From positions 1 to 64,000 of the forward strand of contig JALDZX010000077.1 of the NCBI GenBank assembly GCA_022813865.1: a DNA stretch of 64,000 nucleotides. Direction: 5' to 3'. Under the pieces are notes generated by a model. That model saw only the letters and a program-made list of their open reading frames with translations, ran no database searches and was not told the DNA's origin. Shown here in pieces: positions 1-10,931 of the stretch (position 1 is the stretch's first letter; every line of letters starts with the position of its first letter). Made by a program: the position numbers and the translations under genes. The stretch is from Xylographa opegraphella. Its lineage: Eukaryota.

Positions 1-201
1 CTCTCCGTGCTGACGTCCAGCACCCTAGGCCCGGACCTGTGCGCCGCGCTCGCCGCCACGCAGAAGGGCGCGGCGAGGTGCGCGGCGGAGGCGCAGCCGG
101 GCGGGCGGCATCCGCCGCCGCCGCCGCCGTCGCCCGTCGGCTGTGCGGAACGGGGGAGTGCCGGGGGGGTGGGGAGGCGGGAGGCTACTGTTGCGCGGTG
201 A
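1..201 (+). CDS. 3' end of an unidentified protein-coding gene (partial, runs off left edge)
   Basis: Frame 1 is open from base 1 to TGA at 199-201. Third codon positions are almost all G/C (CTC TCC GTG CTG ACG TCC AGC ACC...). A (CCG)n run encodes poly-Pro. No recognisable domain. Confidence 0.4.
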   Translation, partial: LSVLTSSTLGPDLCAALAATQKGAARCAAEAQPGGRHPPPPPPSPVGCAERGSAGGVGRREATVAR

Positions 202-212
202 GCACGGGTTAG

Positions 213-255
213 GGGGTGCGGGTGGAGGAGGGGTGCGGGTGGAGGAGGGGTGCGG
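213..255 (+). repeat. G-rich 17-bp tandem repeat (GGGGTGCGGGTGGAGGA x ~2.5)
   Basis: Exact copies at 213-229 and 230-246, partial copy at 247-255. Confidence 0.9.
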
Positions 256-565
256 CTCGAGGGGGCTATGTGCTTTATGGGCCTTTTGTGGGGGGAAAGA
301 AAGTGAAGGGGGGGGAATTGGTGCTGGCCACCGGGCGTGAGAGCGGGTTTTGCCAGGATGGAAGGTTTGGCATTGCCGGTAGCGTGGTTGTCGCGGGGCT
401 AGCTTGTTTATATTGTATGATTATGCTACGGGCTGTATATTATCATCGAGTTTGCTGCACTTGCTCGATGGGGCAAGGGTGCTTCGAGGAGCATTAGGGT
501 ACGTAGAATTGGGTATATGAATGGTCAAAGAAAACAGTATTTGGACAAATTCGAGAAGCTCCCCA

Positions 566-2850
566 TCATGTTTCCACGTGCCGCAGTTGGAGGATCTTGT
601 CCCGCCATTCCTGTTCGGTCGGCGGAGCGGCCTTCATGCGCTCGATATCAGCAAGGTGGTGCTTCAACTGAGCGCTCAAAAGTGGATGCCGTGCTCCACG
701 CGCGGAGATCCCCTTCGTCGATCTGGTCTGCTTGGATGGCGTGCCCTCCTTAATAGCCTTGTCCACGGCCTGTTCCAATCGAGATTCGAAGAGTTCGGCG
801 TGTTGGAGCACTTCGTTGATGCCCTTCCAATTTTGATATCTTAGCTCATCGAGTCGGAAACCAGTGGAGCTTTCGAAGACAACACTGGGCCGACTGGGCT
901 CTGGTAATTCGCTCACGGTAGTAGTGTCCGCTTCCGGAGTAGATGACACGGTCGAATCAATACTGAGTTCGTCGTACAATTTCTTTTGCCAATTTTCATC
1001 CACCACGTCACTCGTAGACCATATGGACTTACGCTGGGCGGGACGCTTCCTCAGGTTCCGAAAGTCCGAAAAACTGAGTAATTGTTGAAACATTTGAAGA
1101 GCAGAGGTAAATTCAGCGACACGAGACTCACATCGTATGCTTAAATCGGAAGAGGGTGATTCTGGCGATGCAGAGGAATCCGCTCCTCGGCTCTTGGCCA
1201 GCTCTGCCTGCACTTTCCGTACTGTGCTTTTCTGATCGCTGACGTTATGAATTTTCATCTGTTCATGTAAAAACTCGGTGTTGCCCGCACATGACGTTGC
1301 TCTTGCAAGTGCAGTCCAGGTAGACGGCATTAAAGCCATTCCCGGGTGACGAGAATTCCAGATGGATTCCACTTGAGCGGCACCGGCCGTTCGTGCAGTC
1401 GCAGTCAATAGACACTCGAACGTGATCTCATCTGAAGCAAGACCGGAGTCGGAAAGCGCCTGAACAGCCCAAGCCAGAATTCCTTCATGTCGTACTCTCC
1501 CTGCTGCAACAATCACAGTGTTGTATGTACTTATCTCAGGGGTAACACCCAGAGCAGGGTATACCGCGAACAATTGGCGGACTAGGGCTATGGGGTTCGT
1601 AAGACTTGCTGCTCGATATGTATTGTTGTCGGTCCCCATTGTCGGCAGGAGCATAAGAGAACTTTGAACAAGAATGTTAAGGTGCCTTGCACTAAGAGGC
1701 GGACCGCTTGCACTGTATAGATGTATCGCATTCAAAATTGCCAACGCAATATCCAGACCGATCTCTTCGCCACTACCAGGCGTCTGGCCATCAACAAGAT
1801 CGTTCAGCAGCCACGTAACATCATAGGGCTTGATCTGACTACCAGAATGGCAAAGCAGGCAAAAGATTTGGTATGATTCGTTGACCGGCCGTTCCTCCAG
1901 GAACGTATGAAACATAAACGAGGGCATCTGTGTGGGATGAAGCCGTAGTGCAGTGTCCAAAGCGAGATACGCATTTCTCCAATCCCCATGGATGAGTCGT
2001 GCTCTGATGATACCTTGCAGCAAACCCATGCTGGTCTTTCGAATTCTAGTAGGCTGATCAAGCTGTGACACAATTGCTCCAGGTGATAAATGGTACTCGT
2101 TGAAGCTTTCGGGGAATCGCTTGAGGCCATGGGAGTAGACCTCTTCGCAATACGCCAAGGGCTGTCCGTACAAGGCCAGAAGCTCCAGGGCTGCTCCATA
2201 GGTGGGAAGATCAAGATAGTTGTTGTCCTGTCGGACTATCCAATGCCAGAACTCGATACCGTCATCATACTGGTTGGCCTCCTTGAAATAGCTAATTAAA
2301 TGAAGACTTGCTTTGGGGTCTGGTGGAAGACGCCTTTGCTGATAGTGACCCACGGCTTCCTTTACATGTTCAGTAATAGCGGTTGGTGACATCATAACTC
2401 CTTTGGATCTTTGTCCATAGTGCAATAAGCGGCATATTTCTACAGTATCTTCGGGCTCCAGTAGCCTCTCTTTCAGGAGCTTAGGATAAGCTTCCAAAAC
2501 GCCCTGCAGATCCGAATTTCCCAACAGAATGCGAAACTTCAGGAGCTATGAAGTATAAATTCTCTAGAGGACTGAATTAAAAGAGCTGGCGAACTTACCT
2601 CTGTAGGAGTCTGCGGTTTGAGAGGCCTAGGGTCGATGGAACCTGGTCTGAGAGACCGACTTTTCGGCCTAACTTCGTATTTTTTGGGCTGAGGCGACTT
2701 CGATTTCCGCGTTCTCTGCTTCGAATTATCTGAAAAAAGCTGCCCGTTTGTTATGCATGAGTGCTTGCCCAGTGTTCTCTCTGACTGACGTAGTATAGGC
2801 TCGAGTTGGGCACTATGAATCAGGCGTCGGCACAACAGCAAAGACGACAT
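566..2850 (-). CDS. Pentatricopeptide-repeat (PPR)-like protein, probably mitochondrial; 2 exons
   Basis: ATG at 2850 (MSSLLLCRRLIHSAQL..., presequence-like). Intron 2546-2598 (GTAAGT...TAG) joins in frame to the 652-aa ORF. PPR-type motifs DLPTYGAALELL, PEISTYNTVIVAAGR and DEITFECLLTATAR. Confidence 0.8.
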
Positions 2851-4122
2851 ATACAGGCACCCACTATTAAGGAGCGTCGGTGGAATAAGATCCGCTTGAT
2901 AAATACCAGGTGATCCAGAGTGAGGGGACCTCTCGCTCAATATGCAGCGTTGTGGAAAGCCAAGACCCCCTGGAGCTAAACCCGAACAGGGAATATCCTA
3001 CTGATCGGAGCGGATTATCTACCCACTAGCGCCCGAAGTTGGATTTGGACCCTCATCCTTAGAGCAGCTACGCTGCAATAAACAGCGAGGTCGTTGTTCT
3101 GCTGAACAGCATCAAAAGAGATTTCGATCTGTCAACTGCGATTGGTGGATAAGATGTGCCGTTAGTAATCATGGTGTGTACCTAAATTTACGGCTTGGTG
3201 ACGATCGAGTCAGGAGTGTAACTCCACCAAAGCTGACTTTACCGTAAGTAAAATCAGGCTGTACCCGTCATTATGCAATGGACTGTTCTCATGGCACAAA
3301 TTTCATGTTCATTCGATCATTTGCGGTATGTACGAGATGACTTCTAGTGTGCAATTCAAGCTACCTTATCTTAACTCGACAAGGCCATCGAAATGACGTG
3401 GTACTGAGAAATTGAGCGACAGTCGTTGTCCTATACTTCTAATAGACCGCCATCTGTTAGACAGAAACTAAGAGACCTCCATGTTGAAAGCAGCTGCTAC
3501 CGACAGAAGACACAGGCAACACGGTTTGTCAATCTCGATTCCCAAGGTCAACATGATGCTTGTTACGTGCTATACGCTCTGAAGCCGCTTCTTGCTCGAG
3601 ATGCCGTCCCCGTGCTGAAGTGGCAGCGTCCCTTTCCCTCTTGAATATGTTACACAAACATACTCCCTCATTCCACTCAGTGCGCGATAGCGTAAATGTC
3701 AGGCGGTTACTACCAGTTTCGGCTTTGTCATGCAGTGGGACATTTTCAAGCGTCTAGCCTCCAGTCGTGCCCGTTAATCGCATACACGAATGGCTGGGGG
3801 CCAAAGATAGCTTTGAGATCGAGTACTACCAATCATGGCATCTAAGACCATAAGGTAAAACAGAGGATGGAGCACGCCATAAGACAGGAGGCCTTTCGTT
3901 AGGTTGTATATAATTACTCTTAGAAGACAGAAGAGTCAAAAGATATGAAAGAGTCGACAAATCGTAAATCGCTCCTGAAGCTTCCATGGTTAGATAACGT
4001 AAAAAAGGGTAATCGATGATAGCCTAAAAGGGCTGGAGCACCAATTGACCAACGCCTTGAGTATCAGTATTTGTGTGCAATAAATCTTTCCCAAATCGCG
4101 ATGACAAAATCTGTCTACACCC

Positions 4123-4967
4123 TTAAAATCCTTGCGATAAGGTTTGCTGATTGAACTTCTTGAGCTGGCGCTTGCGCAGAGCTCTTCTTGCGGCATAGAT
4201 ATAGATGGTGATGAGCAATAGGTAGGAGATAGTCTCGATGATGGTAACGACCCAAGTACCAGTCTGTGGAAAGGAGTCAGCTATGATTGGTCGGGTGAGA
4301 GACCTTACGTACTTGTATCATGCATAAGTTATTGAAGTTTAAAAATGATTGCACTTGATCTTGGATTGCATCTGCATTTGGGCCACAGCTGAAGCCCCAC
4401 AAATCGTTGCCGACATTGGCCATCTTAAACAATCCGGCTGTAACGGCCCATACGACAACATGGACAGCCACAACGAGGTAGCCAAGGTATCCCATTATTC
4501 GACTCGATTTATTCGCGGCATCGACACCACAACAATAGAAGCACATCGTAATAAGGTTCATCAACATTGTGACAGTAGCGATCGCAAGTACCATATACGA
4601 TGGCCACAGAACGGTGTCCGGAGCCCATGGGTGACCGCCTCCGCTGATAGTGCGATCTCGCGTGGTAAAGTACATTGACAGCGCAAATGCCATAGATCCA
4701 ACCATGTAGGCGGAAAGGGCGGTGCTGGTCAAGCGCGAAACAAAGCGGAGTACACGAACGCGGCGCTTGATTATCTGTGATAGACAGCGTTAGTGTAGTG
4801 TACGGCGACTCTTTGACGTGAATGCTGGGCGCTCGCACGAGGTCTTCTTCAAGAAGTTTCTGATATTGGGGGCTCATTGGGCTCTGCGCATTATCGCTAT
4901 GTGCCGGTGATTTCTCGATGTCAGTCACCTGGACAATCGGCACCTTCTCGAAAGTTGGTACAGACAT
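4123..4967 (-). CDS. Small four-TM membrane protein resembling the C-terminal membrane domain of fungal HAM-8/MARVEL-like proteins; 3 exons
   Basis: ATG at 4967. Introns 4775-4838 (GTGCGA..CTAAC..CAG) and 4264-4312 (GTACGT..CTGAC..CAG). The spliced product reads ...EEDL-IIKRRVRVLRFVSR...PWAPDTVLWP...DLWGFSC...LCMIQ-TGTWVVTIIE...RRALRKRQLKKFNQQTLSQGF*. Four hydrophobic segments. Confidence 0.75.
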
Positions 4968-5624
4968 GGTCACAGCGTTGGGACGGAAAGATGAAAGTTA
5001 AACGTGATATACAATACAGAGGGCCGTTCGAGGTTGACCAAAGCAGAATGTAGGCTGCGAACGAAATGACAGTCGAATATAAGAATTCGAAGAGACATCG
5101 CTTGCGGACCAGCCGATCACAGCCCCTCCATCAGCTTCGCATAGCTCAGCCAAGGACAAGAAGTTTTGAGAGAGGCGTGAGCTGGCTCCTGAAGATGGAT
5201 GGCACCATCCCGAAAGGAGTGCTGTTATTGGCTGCGAAACTCTTTGGGCTGAGGCGTTATCCTCACACAATCAACACCAAAGACCAGCCGACGTCGAAAG
5301 AAAACTGGTTAACATCGTGATTCGACACTTAGCAGACGAGGCGTTCATCGCGTGTTTTAGCGGCGTGCACTAGAAGCCTAGAACCCATGACCGGCATTTC
5401 CGTGAAGCGCAAATCTGTAGGTCTGGCCCCAACAAAATTCGGGCAAGTTTTGTACATAGTAGACAGACTTGTGATGGCCATTTCCGAGGATCGCGAAAGC
5501 CTCTTCTGTGCAACGAACACTTCTATGCGATAGAGTGATTCATTGTTGAGGAGATGTGGTGGTGAAGTTGACGTTTGAATTGGAGTAGAGTTTGTTGCAT
5601 CGAGATAAGGTAGCTGCGACCAAG

Positions 5625-5750
5625 CAGTCACGTGCTCTAGCCGACCGGTGGTCCAGAACACTTGACTAACCCTAATCCATACCCTAATCCCGAAGTAGCG
5701 CGTCCCGAGTAAAGGTAGTCCAGGACCCTGGCCCACGCTGTCAGCCCTAA
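5625..5750 (+). promoter_or_regulatory. Candidate ribosome-biogenesis promoter motifs upstream of UTP18 (Homol-D-like CAGTCACG plus three CCCTAA boxes)
   Basis: CAGTCACG at 5625-5632 (overlaps CACGTG), TAACCCTAA at 5667-5675, ACCCTAA at 5681-5687 and AGCCCTAA at 5743-5750. All lie within 200 bp of the UTP18 ATG. Confidence 0.45.
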
Positions 5751-5815
5751 ACAACATTTTCCGATGAAAGCTCAAGCGATGTGAAATATCGATAAACGCC
5801 TGTCACCTCCAGACT

Positions 5816-7910
5816 ATGCCGGACTCGCAGAACAAGAAGGGAAAGAAGAAGGCAACAATTAGACAACAGCCCACACCACCAACACAGGACGAGCTCTCCG
5901 ACGGCTATGGCGCCTCAGAGGATGGTGAGGCGATGGAAAAAGACGAGACGGAGCTAGAACTTGAAAAATTGGTCTTTGGTGATGACGCCGGTTTTCGCGA
6001 AGGATTGAAGCTGTACAGGAATGATACGGTTGATTTGACCAAAGAAAGAAGCGAAGAAGATGTTGTCATTGGCGGTACGGAGGAAGTGGCAGAAGGAGAC
6101 TTGGATGCAGTGGACGACGCAGATGTAGGCCACCCATTGCAATACTTAACAGTCGTGAAACACCATACTGGCATGATATTAATGTTTTACTAGCTATTCT
6201 TCATTGACTCTGGACCATCCATAAATCCCAACCAAGAGCTCATTCTAGCACCACAAACCGAGGATATTGAAGGAGAAACAGACGGAGCCGAGCCGCCTGC
6301 CTGGATCGATAGCGATGACGAGCGCATCAACGTATCTTTAGCCTCAAATCCCCGTCTTCGAAAACTCCGCATCAGCGAAAGCGAGGATATAGTCAATGGC
6401 AAAGAATATGTCAAACGCCTACGGCAGCAGTTCGAGCGCCTCTACCCGGTCCCCGAGTGGGCGAACCCTTCTGCGTCAAGAAAGACCTCAGGAAGAAAAC
6501 GTCGGAAGCTCTCGGATGCAGCAAGTAGCTCGTCCCTGTCCAACTCCGAGGATGACATGTCCGTTGACTCTGACGCCCTATCCACTCAACCACTTGCGAA
6601 ACTGCTCCAATCGACTGGTTCCCTCACACAAACCTCAGGCACCTCTACTTCCACCCACAAAAAGCTTCGCCCGGAAGTCATCGATATTCAGCGCACCAAA
6701 GACGTGTCCGGCGGTCAGCCTGTAAGTCTCCGGATTCTATTCTCGCACTCTAACGTCCTCATCATCCTATATCTCTACTAACATTTCCACTTCTCTAGTC
6801 AGCCATAACGTCCCTCAATTTCCATCCCATCCACCCACTCCTCCTCTCCTCCGGCCCCTCCTCCACCCTTACCCTCCACCACATCTCCCCCAACGCGCCG
6901 ACCCCAAACCCCACCCTCACATCCGTCCACATCCGCTCCCATCCCATCACTACCTCCGCCTTCCTCCCCCCCACCGGCTCCCGCGTCTTCTTCTCCGCAC
7001 GCCGACGCTACTTCCACATCTGGGATCTCACCTCCGGCAGCATCAGCAAAGTATCCCGCATCTACGGGCACGCACATGAGCAACGCACCATGGAGCGCTT
7101 CAAGCTATCCCCTGACGGGCGCTGGCTCGGCCTCATCGGCAGCGGACGCAAAGGCGGTGGCACGATCAACATCCTCGACGCGCACACCAGCCAATGGGTC
7201 GCGCAGGTGCGCGTCGAAGGCAAAGGCGGAGTGGCGGACTTTGCATGGTGGGGCGACGGATCCGGCTTACTAGTTCTGGGCAAAGGTGGGGAAGCGGTGG
7301 AATACAACGTGCAGGGGCGGATGGTGGTCGCGCGGTGGATTGACGAGGGCTCCGTTGGCACGACGGTCGTGGCGCTCGGCGGCAAGCGGAAAGGCAGTGC
7401 GGCGCTGGGTCCAGATCGCTGGGCCGTGGTGGGCAGCCAGAGCGGGATCGTTAACGTCTACGACCGGAACACGTGGAACGTGGGAGCGGTGCCGGAGCGG
7501 CCGGTGCCAACGCGGGCGCTGGGCCAGCTGACGACGCCGGTGTCGTGCGTGGAGATCTCGCCGGACGGGCAGATGTTCGTGATGGCGAGTCGGTGGAAGA
7601 GAGATGCCTTGCGACTCGGTGAGTTTTGTGGTTTCCTTTCGTGCTTCTTGCAAAACGCGCACACTATTCTCCTCTGGCTGTGGGCATAGCGGTCGTCGGA
7701 ACGGGACAGCATTCGTACGGCTACTACCTCTGGGAATACTTGCTAATGGTCACCGCAGTCCATCTCCCGTCGTGCACGGTCTACAAGAACTGGCCGACGG
7801 CGAACACGCCGATTGGGAGGATCACCGCCGTGGCGCTGGCGCCAAACTCGCAGATGCTGGCTGTGGCGAACGAGCAGGGCAAGATACGGCTGTGGGAGAT
7901 ACGGAGCTAG
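5816..7910 (+). CDS. UTP18: U3 snoRNA-associated protein 18 (SSU processome WD40 protein); 4 exons
   Basis: Introns 6125-6193, 6722-6798 and 7619-7758 join the frames. Motifs EKDETELELEKLVFGD, LFFIDSG, PPAWIDSDDERI, RLRKLR...EYVKRLRQQFERLYPVPEWA, WD repeats, and C-terminal LVHLPSCTVYKNWPT...GKIRLWEI. Confidence 0.93.
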
Positions 7911-8203
7911 AAGTGGAGGAAAGTGGCTGGTGCGTGGTGGTGAGTTGTTCGTGGGTTGTAGATGATGGGAGTGGTTAGCAAGCAAGACTTCGAATCAGTC
8001 AGGTCTGCTGTAGGATTCCATTCATGTATGTTAGCGACCCAGATAGCGAGCGTCACCATATCACTGCAGAGGTTCACATGAAACGGGACTCGAATGGCTA
8101 TTTGTACCTAGGATACACGTACACAAAGTTCCGGGCCAGCAACTCTCTCAGTCTTCAACCAGTAAAGCTTACATGTTGCTCCAAAACCCTGGGGTCGTCC
8201 TAC

Positions 8204-9842
8204 TTAGGACTTCACCGACGGTAAGCCCTGCGTGTTCCTTACACCCGCCAGATTCCCCTCCTTGATCCGCTTGATCGTCAAAGCCGCGATGATGGCAGCG
8301 CCCACGCCGGAACCGTCCTCGGCAGCTCGGATGTCGATCGGATCCGGCTTCAGATCCTGCGGCCAGTCCAAAATCTCCCGCAGGGCGAGGGCGCCACGCT
8401 GTTTGAAGTGCGGGTACTTGTTGAACACGCTGCCGTCGGCGCCGACGTGGCAGGACTCGTAGTTCTTCTTCTTACAGATGGCGGCCACACCGCATGAGGA
8501 GAGCCGAGCGGCGCGGGTGCCGATGAGCTCCGCGAGGCGGCGGCATAGTTCGAGCTCTGGTTTCTTGGCGCTGATGCCCAGTTTGTGGATGAACAGGTCA
8601 TGGGTTTCTGAAAGATTCTCAAAAGGATCTTCTTCGATGAGGGATAGGAAAGACGAGTCCAGGGTGTATGCTTTTTCCAGTTTGCTGATGTCTTGCCCGT
8701 GGAAGAAAATGCACTCCTTGTTATGATGGAGATCAACTAATACCAGCCGGAAGAGCTCGCCGAGGTACAGGCCCGCGATCATTTTCTCGAATGCTTGCTG
8801 ACCAGGACGCGGTGACTCTTTGTCGATTATAACATCATACGGCGTAAGCGGTAGGACCTTGTGCTCGTTGTCAAAAGCACCCCACTCACAATTGATAGCC
8901 ATCGGCATGTCTGGCGGTAGGTTCATATGTGCAAGCTTGGGGATCGAGCCACAGTTTTCTACATATGCTGCGTTACAGCCTGTCCCGAAGATACAGCCAA
9001 TGCGCATCGCGTCGTCAGTATATGCAGACGCAACTAGTGTTCCCGTCGTATCATTTATCAAGGCCGTCAACTTGATTGGAAGACTTCTTGACGCCAGAGC
9101 TGCCTCAAACTGTTCGACTACGTCGTGGCCTTCGACTCCTTCGATGTCGAATCCCTTGGTCCACCGCTGCAGGACACCATGATCGATATAGTCCTGGGTT
9201 GCCGGATACGAGAAGGTAAACCCCAAAGGCAATGTCTCCATGTTTTCATTTTCATGGTGGTATTCAATGAACTGTTGCAGACAATCGGCAACATATTCCC
9301 AGAGCTCTTCTGCATTTCCAGTCTTTAACTCCTCCGGCATGCGGTACTTTGATTGAATGATCTCGAACTCCCCTTTCTCCTCCGGGAGGATGATCTCGCA
9401 CACTCGCAGGTTGGTGCCTCCCATATCCAAGGCTAAAAAGGTTCCAGTTTCGTAGCCGGTGGGACTGGTCATCACCCAGGTAGCGTTCATCGGCTGATTG
9501 AGATTACAATCAGCTCAATTGTATTTGTCTCATACATATGACAGAACTGACTATGCTGCCTCCTTCAACACTCAGGCCTAGCACGGGTTAATTGAGTTGG
9601 CATTAAGCGGCACCGGTGAAGAAGCGGACCTTTCGCAAGCTCATCGACAAAATGGTCGGTAATCTCTTTCAACTTTGGCTGCTCCACCGTAAATAGCTGC
9701 TCCAGCCTCTTAATTTCACCTAGAAGGTCTCCCGGAACGTCGTTCAGTGACCCTAAGCCATTAGACTCCAGAAGTCCTGCCATTGTGGATGATCAGACAC
9801 ACCCTTGCGGGAGGGACGTCTCCTAGGCCCTAACCCGACCAT
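8204..9842 (-). CDS. HXK: Hexokinase; 4 exons including a 26-nt exon
   Basis: ATG at 9842 (MVGLGPRRRPSRKGS, the typical fungal hexokinase N-terminus). Introns 9753-9802, 9578-9629 and 9494-9551. Motifs LALDMGGTNLRV, LGFTFSYP, LINDTTGT, GTGCNAAY, NCEWGAFD and EDGSGVGAA. Confidence 0.97.
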
Positions 9843-10931
9843 GTTGCCAGTCGCGTTGTATTAACCACGAGTGTGAATGATGGTGCCCAAATTGCGAGGT
9901 ATTATCGTCGCCTCAGAAACTGCTCCTGGTCCGGACTACGTGTGAATTTGAAGGTTTGGATACGTAAGCAGCTGGTAGCCGTGACAGTCTGCGTTAATCA
10001 GCAAGATGCATCGCACGAGTCGCGAAGACGCAATGTACTAGCCCAGATACATACCTGCTGCTTGCGATAATTCCGCGAAGTCCCTAGTATTGCGGTTTGG
10101 ATGTGTTGTCTGGCTGAATACGATAGAGGAGAATGTGATGAAGGGAAAATGAAAAACGGGTAAGCGGTGGCCAATAAGAATAAGTTTGGAAAGGTTTATT
10201 GCTGTGCATGTTGCCATTCTCATCAATGTTCCGCTCCGGTACCTGACTGCCCCGCCGTCATCCCACTTCGCGCCTTCGGCAATGCTTGGCCAAAAACTGC
10301 CTCTCCAGAGCGTTGCAGGCAGCTTTTACCGAGGGCTTGCTCCAGACGTAAGGTAAGGTAGGTATAGTACTGTGTAGTAGTAAAGAGTCTAAGGCGCAGA
10401 GCTCAATGAAGTAAGAACAATGATACCACTCTGAAACACTGGCGCGTTGTATTAATACTTCTCAATAAGGTAAGGTACCTTAAGTGGTGTCGACTGTTCT
10501 TGGTAGGGGGATTCTGCACGCGCTTCTGATCCACGCGCGCGTATCGTCCCGGTCCTTTCCTTCGTACTAAATTTACTGAGATTTGAGATGATGTCAGGCC
10601 GCAGATTTATTAGGACTCGACGCCATGCCGACCTCTGATTGGCTGCGTGCTCCACAAATCCCCCAAATGACTCCGTGGTAGCGTTTGTGGACCGCGCTAC
10701 GATTTCAAGTTATTGTTCGGGTCGAGGGGACTGAAACGATGCCTTGTTTGTTCTTTATTCACAAGCGTTTACTCTGTTTCTTCACGACCGACATATGATG
10801 CCGTACATCACGGTGTCCGTTCACAATTTGGATTTCAGGCTATTCGTTCCTTCTGTATGAACGAGCACTCACCAGCACGTGGCTTGTCTAAGAACGTCAA
10901 TACTTCACTTCTGAGAGCGCCATCCTAAGAA

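Noticed and set aside
5667..5675. TAACCCTAA as a telomerase RNA template or telomere remnant
   Set aside because: Only ~140 bp from the UTP18 ATG, leaving no room for the kb-sized Pezizomycotina TER, and there is no tandem telomeric array. Better read as a promoter motif.
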